A DNA stretch of 30,952 nucleotides. Origin: a virus. Its lineage: Duplodnaviria; Caudoviricetes. A model generated the notes under the pieces. The model was not told the origin of the DNA. It made no database searches and saw nothing but the letters and a program-made list of their open reading frames with translations. Position numbers and translations under genes: made by a program. Shown piece after piece: positions 9,032 through 18,532 of this stretch (position 1 is its first letter; each line of letters begins with the position of its first letter). The stretch covers positions 1 to 30,952 of IMG/VR virus record IMGVR_UViG_3300007513_000131, one strand, 5' to 3'.

Positions 9032-9613
9032 TTATATTTCGCCTAGTTGACCTTCGTTTATGTTCTCTTTAAAACGTTTTACGTGTGTTTCTCTTGCCCA
9101 CTGTTCTTCTTCTTTAGTTGGATTTAAATAATTTATTGGTTCTTTATAGAAACAAAAACTAAATTGTAATCTAGGTATTTTTGGATTTTTACCCATGTCT
9201 ATTCCGTGTAAAATATCAGAACGTAATACAATTGGTGTAATACACTCAACTCTGTCTATTTCGTTCCTATCTTCATCATACCAGGTATTATAGGTATTTT
9301 TAGTGTTTAATACTGGAAAATTTATTTTTGCTATTACCGGGGGTCTGTCTATATGAGTTTCTACTTGGTGAGTGGAATTGGTCCCCCAGTAAGTATAAGA
9401 CATATCTCTAACTTTTAAATGCATACTATCAAACCATTTTCGCAATTCTAAATTTTCGTTTGATGAATAAAAATATTGTTTAACTTGTTCGCGGGTACAG
9501 GTGTTCCAAAAGCCTTTGGGTTTATCGTGGGCGGTAATACCTAAAAAAAATCCGTACAGGCTATCAGCAATTTTTTGTTGCTTTTCGCAATCCAAAATAA
9601 AATATGACTTCAT
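9032..9613 (-). CDS. Hypothetical protein, possible cupin / 2OG-Fe(II) fold
   Basis: HID...H...R pattern; INFPVLN. Confidence 0.55.
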   Translation of the reverse strand: MKSYFILDCEKQQKIADSLYGFFLGITAHDKPKGFWNTCTREQVKQYFYSSNENLELRKWFDSMHLKVRDMSYTYWGTNSTHQVETHIDRPPVIAKINFPVLNTKNTYNTWYDEDRNEIDRVECITPIVLRSDILHGIDMGKNPKIPRLQFSFCFYKEPINYLNPTKEEEQWARETHVKRFKENINEGQLGEI

Positions 9614-9617
9614 GTGC

Positions 9618-9631
9618 AGTATTTAAATACT
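9618..9631. promoter_or_regulatory. Palindromic bidirectional TAAATA motif
   Basis: AGTATTTAAATACT is a perfect 14-bp palindrome between the divergent starts at 9613 and 9645. Confidence 0.6.
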
Positions 9632-9644
9632 CTTTAACACTCAT

Positions 9645-10154
9645 ATGAAAATTGCGATTACAGGACATAAAAAAGGTATTGGTAAAGCATTTGCAGAACA
9701 ACTTGCTGAAAAAGGACACGAAATAGTTGGTATATCTAGAAGTGATGGAGAAAACATTCGTAGAACAACACACACAGCATCGTTAATAGAACCCTGTGAT
9801 TTGCTTATAAACAATGCTATAAGTTTTTATGCACAAACAGAACTTCTATTTGAAGTTTGGCATAGGTGGTCTACAGCAAAAGAAGTTCACTACATCTGGA
9901 ACATATCAACAAAACTTTGTGAACATACTGAAGATATTACTATAAAGGGATTAACAATGAGAGAGTCAATGCAATATAGAAACCAAAAGATGGCTCTTGA
10001 ATTGGCACACCAGCAACTTGAATCACAACCTAGTAATATTAAGATGTCACTAATACGTCCAGGAAGTGTTAACACACAAACATTTAGTGAAGCAAACAGT
10101 ATATCTGCTGAAGAATATGTCAAGGGAGTATTAAATGCTTACCCACTGGAATAA
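9645..10154 (+). CDS. Short-chain dehydrogenase/reductase (compact)
   Basis: ITGHKKGIG, INNA, NIS, YRNQK (YxxxK), RPG motifs. Confidence 0.85.
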   Translation: MKIAITGHKKGIGKAFAEQLAEKGHEIVGISRSDGENIRRTTHTASLIEPCDLLINNAISFYAQTELLFEVWHRWSTAKEVHYIWNISTKLCEHTEDITIKGLTMRESMQYRNQKMALELAHQQLESQPSNIKMSLIRPGSVNTQTFSEANSISAEEYVKGVLNAYPLE

Positions 10155-10662
10155 ACTTATTAATACCGACTGTACTGTTATTGATATTGGGGTTAATACA
10201 ATCTATCCTATATTTAAAAATGGCTCTAGTAGTTTAATGGCTGTTGCAGATAAAACTTATGTTAACAAACAAATTGCTAATTGTAACAATATTATTATAC
10301 TGTTAAGAGATCCGGAAGAGCGTTTTGTTTCTGGAATCAATGAATACTGTAAACAAAACAATCTAGATGTTAGAGACACATGGGAATTAGTTTACAACGA
10401 CAAAATAATAAACAGACATTTTGCTCCACAATGGTTATGGCTATTTCATTTATATAAATTTTATCGAGGCAAGGTAATATTAAAACCGTTTAAAACTATA
10501 AAGGAATATTGCAAAGTTCATACAAACAAAGAAAAAAAGAAAACAGATGTTGCTTTAATAAAACAATTTGTTGAGGTGGATTATGAACTAATAGAAAACC
10601 ATTTAAACAAACCTATATTACTTGAAAAATTAATTAGAAAGTATAAAAATGTTTTGTCCTAG
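10135..10662 (+). CDS. Sulfotransferase-family-like protein
   Basis: PIFKNGSSSL and LRDPEERFVSG resemble the 5'- and 3'-PAPS-binding motifs; HFAPQ. Confidence 0.65.
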   Translation: MLTHWNKLINTDCTVIDIGVNTIYPIFKNGSSSLMAVADKTYVNKQIANCNNIIILLRDPEERFVSGINEYCKQNNLDVRDTWELVYNDKIINRHFAPQWLWLFHLYKFYRGKVILKPFKTIKEYCKVHTNKEKKKTDVALIKQFVEVDYELIENHLNKPILLEKLIRKYKNVLS

Positions 10663-11671
10663 GCTAGAACACTTTATTAGATTAAATCAAGATGGCACTA
10701 TTGGCAAGTGTGGACATATGGTTAAAGCTAAAGGATTTAAAACATTTAACGAATTACATAACAGTCAATGGCTTAAAAAAATACAAATGGATATGATTTT
10801 TGACAAGTGGCCAGATGAGTGCATGAGGTGTAAACAAACAGAAGATACAACAGGTGAAAGCATTCGTACTAAAAGTATAACAAGACATAAGATGTTACAT
10901 CCACTCAAAGAAGATTACTTGGTTGTTGGTGGTGTGTTAGATAATGTATGCAACAGTGCTTGTCAAACTTGTAATGCTGGACTATCAACCAAAATTGGTA
11001 GTTTAGAAAAAAATTATATAAAAACAAATAACTTTGCAAAGTTTCTTAAACTTCCACAAAGTAGAATTTTAGAAGTAGATGTCAATGGTGGTGAACCTAC
11101 TGCTAGTAAAAATTATAAAAAATTATTAGCTAACTTGCCTCGTAAGACAAAAATAGTTAGAATGAATACCAACGGTTCAAGAATGATTGATGAAATAATA
11201 ACATTACTCAAAAAGAAAATTATGGTTATTGTTACAATAAGTCTTGATGGTGTAGGTGATGTTCACGACTATGTACGTTGGCCAATTAAATGGAAAGATT
11301 ATACAAAAACTGTAGAAAAATATAAAAAATTACAAGAACAATACAAACTACTTAAATTAGATTTTTGGACTACTGTTAGTTGCTTAAACGTAGGAGACTT
11401 ACCTAACATTATAGAATATGCAAAAAATAAAAACATACCACACGCATGGGCATTTTTGAACACGCCTGATGCTTTAAATGTAAAATATAAAAACAATTTA
11501 ACAACCAATGCCAAACATATAGCACCAGATAAAATTGCTATTGCTGAAAATAATTCTAACCAACTTAGACTTTTTATTAAAAAACAAGACTATGTTAGAA
11601 AAATTAATATTAGAGATTATTTGAGTTTTAATCTAAACTTATTTAGGAATAATTTAGCAAATCTTTTATGA
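10649..11671 (+). CDS. Radical SAM protein (N-terminal twitch-like domain)
   Basis: CNSACQTC, GGEP, NTNG, ISLDG motifs. Confidence 0.88.
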   Translation: MFCPRLEHFIRLNQDGTIGKCGHMVKAKGFKTFNELHNSQWLKKIQMDMIFDKWPDECMRCKQTEDTTGESIRTKSITRHKMLHPLKEDYLVVGGVLDNVCNSACQTCNAGLSTKIGSLEKNYIKTNNFAKFLKLPQSRILEVDVNGGEPTASKNYKKLLANLPRKTKIVRMNTNGSRMIDEIITLLKKKIMVIVTISLDGVGDVHDYVRWPIKWKDYTKTVEKYKKLQEQYKLLKLDFWTTVSCLNVGDLPNIIEYAKNKNIPHAWAFLNTPDALNVKYKNNLTTNAKHIAPDKIAIAENNSNQLRLFIKKQDYVRKINIRDYLSFNLNLFRNNLANLL

Positions 11672-12360
11672 TGTTCTACACCATAATGTATAAGATCTTT
11701 AGCTAAATTTGGTTCAGTTATTCTTTTTCTTTGTGCACCTTCTCCAAGATGTTTATCCCATACTGGCCAGCAGTTTTTAATAGTTGTATCACTAAAAATG
11801 TTTGCTACTTTTGGTGTGTTGTACACTTCTTGAGCAAAGCAATGAAATGTTTTTGCTTGTATTTTTTCTGCAAATTTTTCAACAAAAAAAACATTTTTTA
11901 AAAAGTTATTAAGATCTGTACTTTCATTTTCGTCTTTTAGTCTTGGATTATTACTTGTTAAATTTTCGGGTTTTCGATCTAATCTTTCTCTACGACTCCA
12001 TTCTGGCCAACATACAATTATTATATTAGGAAACAATACTTTTTCACAACCATACAAAATACGCACAATTTTATCAGCACTTGCACCTGGTTGTCCTAAA
12101 TTCCAATATCTTAATCTATCAGTATTATGTTTTGAAAGAAAACTTACCCAATACTCATTATCGTCTGAGCCAACACCAAACGTATGTGAACAACCTAATA
12201 TCACAACATTCTTTTTTCCGTCTGGTACATTAAATTCAGGACAACGATATCCATGAGAATTTAATTTATAAGAGAATTGTTTTATTTTACTTTTACTAAT
12301 AAAAGTTGGCTGTTCTTCTGACTTGGGTAATTCCTTATCACTGTAATATCCAAACTTCAT
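11617..12360 (-). CDS. SGNH/GDSL-hydrolase-like protein
   Basis: LGCSHTFG, NLGQPGAS and DLIH (DxxH) blocks. Confidence 0.7.
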   Translation of the reverse strand: MKFGYYSDKELPKSEEQPTFISKSKIKQFSYKLNSHGYRCPEFNVPDGKKNVVILGCSHTFGVGSDDNEYWVSFLSKHNTDRLRYWNLGQPGASADKIVRILYGCEKVLFPNIIIVCWPEWSRRERLDRKPENLTSNNPRLKDENESTDLNNFLKNVFFVEKFAEKIQAKTFHCFAQEVYNTPKVANIFSDTTIKNCWPVWDKHLGEGAQRKRITEPNLAKDLIHYGVEHHKRFAKLFLNKFRLKLK

Positions 12361-12382
12361 AAAAGTAATTATAGAAAGAGCA

Positions 12383-12458
12383 TGGCGGTCTGTATGGGAT
12401 TCGAACCCATGATCTTCCCCGTGACAGGGGGACGTGTTGACCGCTACACTAACAGACC
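12383..12458 (-). tRNA. tRNA-Asp (GTC)
   Basis: Full cloverleaf: GGTCTGT/ACAGACC acceptor stem, CTGTCAC loop, TTCGAAT, G73, encoded CCA. Confidence 0.97.
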
Positions 12459-12466
12459 GTTATGAT

Positions 12467-12898
12467 CTATTCAGTTACTGGGCAGTTTGGATTTTCAAGT
12501 GCATCATCCAATCGCCATTTTGCATCATTTAAAGCTAAAGTATTTGCAGATAATTCAGCTTGTAAGTTAGCAACTTCTACTTCTAGGTCAACTCTTACAG
12601 AGTCTACTTGATTTAGTTTAGCACTAACTTCGGTTGCTTGTCCTTGCCATCCTAAAATTTCGCTTTGTAATCCTGCTATCGCATCATCACGAACAGCTAC
12701 TTCCATTGCCATTGCTTCTAACGTAGTTTCATTTAACGCCTCTAACGTTGAAATTTCTGTAATAGCATTGTCTAGATCTGCTTGTAAACCTTTAATAGAT
12801 TTAGAGTTATCTGATACAATGTATAACAAAGCAACTACAAGAATAAAGTAAGCCCATGAAGCTGGTCTGCCAAGTTCTTTTTTTATTTTTTCTATCAT
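12467..12898 (-). CDS. Membrane-anchored coiled-coil protein
   Basis: N-terminal hydrophobic helix followed by heptad-like acidic sequence; TTGCAA-N18-TATAAT upstream. Confidence 0.75.
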   Translation of the reverse strand: MIEKIKKELGRPASWAYFILVVALLYIVSDNSKSIKGLQADLDNAITEISTLEALNETTLEAMAMEVAVRDDAIAGLQSEILGWQGQATEVSAKLNQVDSVRVDLEVEVANLQAELSANTLALNDAKWRLDDALENPNCPVTE

Positions 12899-12947
12899 AG
12901 TATTATTATTATATAGTCATATTACACTATCTTGCAAGAAAATATTT

Positions 12948-13023
12948 TGGTGGACCGACGGGGGATCGAACCCCGGACCTCCTGAATGCAAATCAGGCGC
13001 TCTCCCAGCTGAGCTATCAGCCC
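12948..13023 (-). tRNA. tRNA-Ala (TGC)
   Basis: Cloverleaf with G3:U70, TTTGCAT loop, A73 and encoded CCA. Confidence 0.97.
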
Positions 13024-13110
13024 ACAGTAATTATGAACCAACCATACCAAAAACACCAAGTTCGCCTTTATTACCAAAAAGTGGTAATAACGTCCATTTT
13101 TACTTTTATG

Positions 13111-13186
13111 TGGTGCCCCCAGATGGACTTGAACCACCAACCTACTGATTACAAATCAGTTGCTCTACCAGTTGAGCCATGGGGGC
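13111..13186 (-). tRNA. tRNA-Thr (TGT)
   Basis: GCCCCCA/TGGGGGC acceptor stem, TTTGTAA loop, TTCAAGT, encoded CCA. Confidence 0.97.
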
Positions 13187-13203
13187 ATAATGCACATCTT
13201 CTT

Positions 13204-13893
13204 TTACTTACAATTTTCCAATGCATGGTTAAAAAATTTGTAATAAACTTCGGTTGTAGGATTTTTTGGTTCATCCATTTGTAAAGAGTTAATATGGTTT
13301 GGGTGTAACGATTCGTCTACAAGATTTGTTTGTAATAATTTTTTTATATAGGTTTCTGAGTTATCAATTGCGTCTATTAACGATTGTTGACTAATACCTA
13401 ATTTTTCTTTATGTTTACCAAACCATTCTATATATTTTCCAAGTAATAACGGAACCTCTGGAAGTTCTTCATGAACAATAAAATCAACAATGTTTTTATT
13501 ACCTGTTACTCCGGAGGTCCATGCACTACAAATATAGTTTGGACAATCTTGTAATGCTTTGTTTAATATGTTAACTTCTTCTTTTAACAAACGTTTTAAG
13601 TATTCATTTAATTCTTTTTTAGTTTTATGATCGGGCGGACATAGTTTAAGTTCTTTATTTTTTCCTCTACCAACTTCAGTAAGTCCTACTATTACGTAAG
13701 GTGTGTGTCCTAGTTGTTTAATTGCTTCAACATTCTTTATAGTTCTTTGAATTATATCGTGGTTGTTGTCGCCTGGTACAGCATTATTGATTACCAACCA
13801 ATTTTTAAACATACCATAATGTTGTTCTAAAAACTTTATTATCCTAGGAACTTGTAACCAACTGTCGCCATCAATGTATAAAACTTTATTCAT
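13204..13893 (-). CDS. SGNH-hydrolase-like protein
   Basis: DGDSW, NNAVPGDNN and C-terminal LHP motifs. Confidence 0.65.
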   Translation of the reverse strand: MNKVLYIDGDSWLQVPRIIKFLEQHYGMFKNWLVINNAVPGDNNHDIIQRTIKNVEAIKQLGHTPYVIVGLTEVGRGKNKELKLCPPDHKTKKELNEYLKRLLKEEVNILNKALQDCPNYICSAWTSGVTGNKNIVDFIVHEELPEVPLLLGKYIEWFGKHKEKLGISQQSLIDAIDNSETYIKKLLQTNLVDESLHPNHINSLQMDEPKNPTTEVYYKFFNHALENCK

Positions 13894-13995
13894 TTTGTAA
13901 TATATTATAGTACTTAATATGCTGTTAGTCTAGCCTTTTAAACGCACACAGAAGCACGTATACGCATGGTAAAGGTGTTGATGGAGTAACTGGTG

Positions 13996-14793
13996 CTACT
14001 CTTTTCTCATACCATTAAACACTGTTATTTTGAGTTTTGAATTATCTGCGTCAATTGATTTAAACATATCAAAATCAATATTTAATTTGTCTAATAATTT
14101 ATCCATTGCCCGTACATCTTTTGGTAAACACATACCTCCATATCCTTTTAGGTCATCATTTACATCTAGGTATGTGTCTTTGCATCTGCCGCCTTTAACA
14201 AAAGCATTTTTAATTTTGGTATAATCACAATTGGTTTTTTCACATAACTCATTCATTATGTTTGCAAAATTAATCTTGGTAGCGGCAAATACATTGTTAT
14301 AATATTTTAAAATCTCTGCTTCGGTTGGTTTTAATCTTACTTTATCTTTTGGATAATGTCTGTGTGCTTCTACAATTTTTTGGTAAACAAAAGGATCGTT
14401 TGTTCCAACTGCAAGTACATTATGATTATTAACAAAATCATCTTCTGCACAACGTTCTCTTAAAAACTCTGGAACAAAACAAATAGTTAAATCAGTAAAA
14501 GTGTCAATGGTTTGTTGTGTAAATCCACATTCAACAGTAGACTTAATTGCTATTATGCCTTTATATTTTAACTGTTCTAACTCTTGTATTACTGCTGTAA
14601 TAATTGATGTATCGCAACTGCCATCATCTCCTTGGGGTGTTGGTACACATATAAAAACTATTTCAGTATCAATAACATCTTTAACTTGAGATTGTAATTT
14701 AAGATCATGACATACAACAGTATGATTTAATTTTTCAAATCCGTTTTTAATTGCTGTACCTACTACACCTACTCCTACGATACCTATTTTCAT
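13996..14793 (-). CDS. UDP-glucose/GDP-mannose dehydrogenase family (short form, no C-terminal domain)
   Basis: GVGVVG, ICVPTP, KST, PEFLRE, GYGGMCLPKD motifs. Confidence 0.92.
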   Translation of the reverse strand: MKIGIVGVGVVGTAIKNGFEKLNHTVVCHDLKLQSQVKDVIDTEIVFICVPTPQGDDGSCDTSIITAVIQELEQLKYKGIIAIKSTVECGFTQQTIDTFTDLTICFVPEFLRERCAEDDFVNNHNVLAVGTNDPFVYQKIVEAHRHYPKDKVRLKPTEAEILKYYNNVFAATKINFANIMNELCEKTNCDYTKIKNAFVKGGRCKDTYLDVNDDLKGYGGMCLPKDVRAMDKLLDKLNIDFDMFKSIDADNSKLKITVFNGMRKE

Positions 14794-15647
14794 CTTAGAG
14801 CCTCTATTGTTTTTGCGAGTCCTTTATGTAAAGGAGTATAATCATCAAACATTATCAACTCTCGTAATTGTTTAGTATCCGGACATCTACGTTTAGCACT
14901 ACCTTCTGGTCCTTTATTAATTTTAAGTTTGGTAGGATCAACTCCCATTATATCTAAAATACATTTAGCAACATCTTCTATTTGTGTTTCTTCTTGTCTT
15001 CCTACGTTTACAATTTTATTTTTTGTATTTTTTACTAACTCGTGTGTTAGAAAAACTACATCATCAATGTAACAAAAACTTCTTGTATCGTTTCCATTAA
15101 TATAATATTCTCCTTGTTTAACACGTTCAACAAATTCACTTATAAAATGATCTTTTTGTTTGGGACCATATACATTAAAATAACGCAACACTAACCAGTC
15201 AAGTCCACAATTAGCAATTAAATTTTCACCTAATGCTTTTGGTATACTATAACTCCATCTAGGATTTGTAATATCATTAAACATTACAGGAACATTTTCA
15301 TCTGTAGGTACAGGATATAATTCTTTATCTATTGCTCCGTTAAAAATTTCACAAGTGCTTGTAAAAACAAATTTAGTATTTGTATTTTTATATCTTTCAA
15401 TTAAGTTAAATGTTGGCAATGTATTGTTAAACGAAACTTCTGTTGGCGTTTTATAAAATAAACCTGTGCCGTTTGTTGCCGCCATATGTACAACAACATC
15501 GCAATCTGGCATACCACTTGTTACTGCTTTATCTTTAAGATCTTGTCCGTCTGCTGAATCATACGTAACCACTTCATGATAATTTTTTATAAAGTCATAA
15601 TAGTGCGAACCAATAAATCCTTTGTGTCCTGTTAATACTATTTTCAT
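14790..15647 (-). CDS. NAD-dependent sugar epimerase/dehydratase
   Basis: LTGHKGFIG, YSIPK, RYFNVYGP, TRSFCYIDD; start coupled to the upstream stop (TAATG). Confidence 0.92.
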   Translation of the reverse strand: MKIVLTGHKGFIGSHYYDFIKNYHEVVTYDSADGQDLKDKAVTSGMPDCDVVVHMAATNGTGLFYKTPTEVSFNNTLPTFNLIERYKNTNTKFVFTSTCEIFNGAIDKELYPVPTDENVPVMFNDITNPRWSYSIPKALGENLIANCGLDWLVLRYFNVYGPKQKDHFISEFVERVKQGEYYINGNDTRSFCYIDDVVFLTHELVKNTKNKIVNVGRQEETQIEDVAKCILDIMGVDPTKLKINKGPEGSAKRRCPDTKQLRELIMFDDYTPLHKGLAKTIEALR

Positions 15648-16450
15648 TATTTCCAATACAATTGTTCTGTTCTTTCACTTTTAATTTTGTCTTTAAAATC
15701 TTCTATGCTTGATTTACCTTGTGCTTTTCTATTGTCTCCTTTGAGATGATCCATAAATGTTCCTAATATCGAATTAACAAAAGGATGTTTTTTACCTAAT
15801 CCAGATTCTCCTGTTATATCGTTACTAGAAGTACTATACTTGTTTTCAATTTCTTTTCTTGCAATATCAAATGTAAAACAATCTACCTGATATTCTAATT
15901 CAAACATCTTGCCTGATGTATATAAATTTTCAAACACATCTGCAAATTTTTTTATGTTAGGGTGTTGCAAATTATACATAATAAACCCTGTTTCAGAAAA
16001 AGGTAATCGTTTATTATTTGGTCTTCCTATATATGCACACAAGTTATTATCTGGTAATAACTCTTCTAGTTTTTGCATTGGTGGCGTATCAAATGTAAGT
16101 GTATCTGCATCTATAAAAATTATTTTATCTGCTTTACTGTTTCTTATCATATGACACTGTGCAAATACTTTGTAACAATGTTTTATTGCATTATATCTAA
16201 AATCTTTTTTATCATTTCTTATTCCGTTTGCTTTGGGGGTGTTATACCGATCTAAGTATGGTTTAAGTTCTGGACATACTTCAAATATATCATATTCTTT
16301 TACTCTATCTAAACGCAAATTGGGCTGAATGTTTTCACAATACAAATGTATTTTGACTTCTTGTGGCCAATACTTTAGAAATGTTTTTACCATTCTTTCT
16401 CCATACGAATGCCATCCTGCTTCGTGAAACGTAGTAAAAATTTCTATCAT
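15647..16450 (-). CDS. Glycosyltransferase-like protein (GT-A type, DxD), paralogue 1
   Basis: YKVFA...FIDAD...YIGRP...SETGF...HLKG; ATG 6 nt after TAAATA. Confidence 0.7.
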   Translation of the reverse strand: MIEIFTTFHEAGWHSYGERMVKTFLKYWPQEVKIHLYCENIQPNLRLDRVKEYDIFEVCPELKPYLDRYNTPKANGIRNDKKDFRYNAIKHCYKVFAQCHMIRNSKADKIIFIDADTLTFDTPPMQKLEELLPDNNLCAYIGRPNNKRLPFSETGFIMYNLQHPNIKKFADVFENLYTSGKMFELEYQVDCFTFDIARKEIENKYSTSSNDITGESGLGKKHPFVNSILGTFMDHLKGDNRKAQGKSSIEDFKDKIKSERTEQLYWK

Positions 16451-16513
16451 TGTCAATATTTACTACAAAAATATTATTGGTTACTATTTCTTATAACCAT
16501 AAGTAAACTTACT

Positions 16514-16699
16514 ATGAGAGATAAAATACACCTAATTAAACATTCAAAAAAACTTGCTGAAAGTAAAAAAGAAAAAACACTATTCAGAACTCAACGTCAC
16601 CCCGTTGAAGCTGGCGCCCATGGTACTCTTAATTACACAATTAAAAAAGGTGTAAATAAGAACAAAATTGCTGACAATAAAATCATTAAAAGCAAATAA
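16514..16699 (+). CDS. Small basic protein (61 aa)
   Basis: ATG 8 nt after TAAGTA; Lys-rich. Confidence 0.65.
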   Translation: MRDKIHLIKHSKKLAESKKEKTLFRTQRHPVEAGAHGTLNYTIKKGVNKNKIADNKIIKSK

Positions 16700-16734
16700 A
16701 AGTCCTACATTACCAATTGTAAATAATCGTGTAT

Positions 16735-16899
16735 ATGAAAAAGATGTTAAAAAAATTTTGGGATTGGAAAATAAAACTAATCCGTGACTATCCGGTTTGG
16801 TGTGCGTATGCGGCATGGCTGGAAGGAATAATTATTGGGCTTTTAATTTACCATTACTTCCTAATAGAAAAATTAAGTTGCTGTGGAGTATATGGATAA
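16735..16899 (+). CDS. Small membrane protein (54 aa)
   Basis: ATG 9 nt after TAAATA; MKKMLKKFWDWK...AAWLEGIIIGLLIYHYF; overlaps the next start. Confidence 0.7.
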   Translation: MKKMLKKFWDWKIKLIRDYPVWCAYAAWLEGIIIGLLIYHYFLIEKLSCCGVYG

Positions 16900-17146
16900 A
16901 AAATTAGAACGAAATATAATACGGGCTCTCACTATAATATTAATTCTAATTGGCGTGTTTGGTTGTGCATCTGTTAAACCTATTACTAACTTAAAAACTA
17001 AAGAGATCACTACGCTCGATACCATATCAAAAATACCAACAATTGTTAGTGTATTAGGTTGTATGTTTGCACCGGGTAGTCCTAATTGTGACAAAGATAT
17101 AAAAGACAAACCAGTATCGGCTATAACCGATGCTGAAGTTGACTAA
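16892..17146 (+). CDS. Small lipoprotein
   Basis: Signal peptide with lipobox VFGC; GGAG upstream. Confidence 0.7.
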   Translation: MDKKLERNIIRALTIILILIGVFGCASVKPITNLKTKEITTLDTISKIPTIVSVLGCMFAPGSPNCDKDIKDKPVSAITDAEVD

Positions 17147-17457
17147 ATCGCTAATCTATTTTTATCAAAATCAATATCTAATAATTCGTCTGGCTTACCG
17201 TTTGGATATGATGGTTCGATTGTAAACTCTTCTCCTGTAAGATCATTCTTACAACCTGCTAATAACCAATCCCATTTAAAATTACCATCTACAACAAATT
17301 CCCAAAGCACATCATACGTTCCATTATCTCTAGTTTGTAAAAGTAATTCTTTTTTACAATCTTCCATTGTATTATATGTTTGTTGCATTTGAAACGTTTG
17401 TTGAGTATCGATTGGATTTTGTGTTATCAGATATGCTAAAATTAAAATTTTGTACAT
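17143..17457 (-). CDS. Hypothetical protein with hydrophobic N-terminus and two Cys
   Basis: YNTMEDC...GC pattern. Confidence 0.7.
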   Translation of the reverse strand: MYKILILAYLITQNPIDTQQTFQMQQTYNTMEDCKKELLLQTRDNGTYDVLWEFVVDGNFKWDWLLAGCKNDLTGEEFTIEPSYPNGKPDELLDIDFDKNRLAI

Positions 17458-17688
17458 CTATGAAAGATTAGCTGGCTTTTTTGGAAAATGTAATTCTAAA
17501 ATATGTTGAAAGGGGGTTTTACCTGTTTGTTCATGCACTCCTGCTTGAATTGCACTAGAAATTATACCTGGTTGGTAATTTCCTGTAGCTATACTTGTTA
17601 TTGAACTTGTTGTGATGCTACCCACTAATGGTAATGCACAACCATTTAAAAACGTTATTACTAGTAATGCACCAACGATACGTTTCAT
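17458..17688 (-). CDS. Small lipoprotein
   Basis: MKRIVGALLVITFLNGC lipobox. Confidence 0.7.
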   Translation of the reverse strand: MKRIVGALLVITFLNGCALPLVGSITTSSITSIATGNYQPGIISSAIQAGVHEQTGKTPFQHILELHFPKKPANLS

Positions 17689-17708
17689 AGTGTTTTATTT
17701 GGGCCAAA

Positions 17709-17900
17709 CTACTCTGCAATTAAAGCACAGTTTTCTGTGTTGGCTTCCAATCCTTGATTTTTATCATATATCCAAAGGTATGAATATACAACTTCGTTAC
17801 CGTTCACGGTACACTTTTTACCAAATGCGAGTTTTGGGTTTTTAATAGATCCACATCCTACTAGTAAAAGTGTTGTTAATATAATTAATATATTTTTCAT
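17709..17900 (-). CDS. Small lipoprotein
   Basis: MKNILIILTTLLLVGC lipobox; TTGACA-N16-TATTAT upstream (17965-17938). Confidence 0.75.
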   Translation of the reverse strand: MKNILIILTTLLLVGCGSIKNPKLAFGKKCTVNGNEVVYSYLWIYDKNQGLEANTENCALIAE

Positions 17901-18045
17901 ATACGTCCTGTAATATTATTTATCATAATATACTACTATAATAGCACATCTTCAAACATTGTCAACCCGGTAATAATTGTATACTGTTAAGATCTCTAGG
18001 AAAAATACGATAAATATACACGTATATAAATTTAGGGAGAATATT

Positions 18046-18159
18046 ATGTTATTTACAATTGGACTAGTTTTGGGATTTGTAATAGGGTGGTATGTTAACG
18101 AGAAAGTTGAAAATCTTGCTGACAAGGCAAATCCATTAAAATGGTTTAAAAAAAAGTAA
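18046..18159 (+). CDS. 37-aa membrane peptide
   Basis: AGGGAG SD; hydrophobic helix followed by NPLKWFKKK. Confidence 0.75.
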   Translation: MLFTIGLVLGFVIGWYVNEKVENLADKANPLKWFKKK

Positions 18160-18171
18160 TAAGGAGTAATT

Positions 18172-18345
18172 ATGTTGGAAGAGCTTAAAAAATGGATTAT
18201 TGCCATTGCAAACGATTTTTGTAATAGTTCAATTGCAACCTCAGGTACAATCTGCGACGAAACTGTTGAAACTGCAGGTGCGATCTGTGATGGAACTCGT
18301 AAAGCTAATGCCGAATTTGTTAAAGCAATCATGGGCAAAGAGTAA
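18172..18345 (+). CDS. 57-aa peptide with 11-residue Cys repeats
   Basis: AAGGAG SD; MLEELKKWII...; Cys at positions 17, 28 and 39. Confidence 0.8.
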   Translation: MLEELKKWIIAIANDFCNSSIATSGTICDETVETAGAICDGTRKANAEFVKAIMGKE

Positions 18346-18365
18346 GTAACAGAAGGAGAAAACTT

Positions 18366-18521
18366 ATGTGGAAACCAAATCTTAAAGGATTAACCGATAA
18401 GATCAAGAATGTTGGTACTAAAGTTACTGGCGCTGGAAAAGGGCTAGGAACTAAGGCTAAGAATCTTGGTAAAGGTTCTGTAGACAAAGTTAAAAAACTA
18501 AACCCATTTAAAAAAAAATAA
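18366..18521 (+). CDS. 51-aa Lys/Gly-rich amphipathic peptide
   Basis: AAGGAG SD; repeats KGLTDKIKNVG / KGLGTKAKNLG / KGSVDKVKKLN. Confidence 0.8.
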   Translation: MWKPNLKGLTDKIKNVGTKVTGAGKGLGTKAKNLGKGSVDKVKKLNPFKKK

Positions 18522-18532
18522 GGAGGAATCTT

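Noticed and set aside
12922-13284. Track ORFs 12922-13140(-) and 13033-13284(+)
   Set aside because: They overlap the clear tRNA-Ala and tRNA-Thr genes and are spurious frames.
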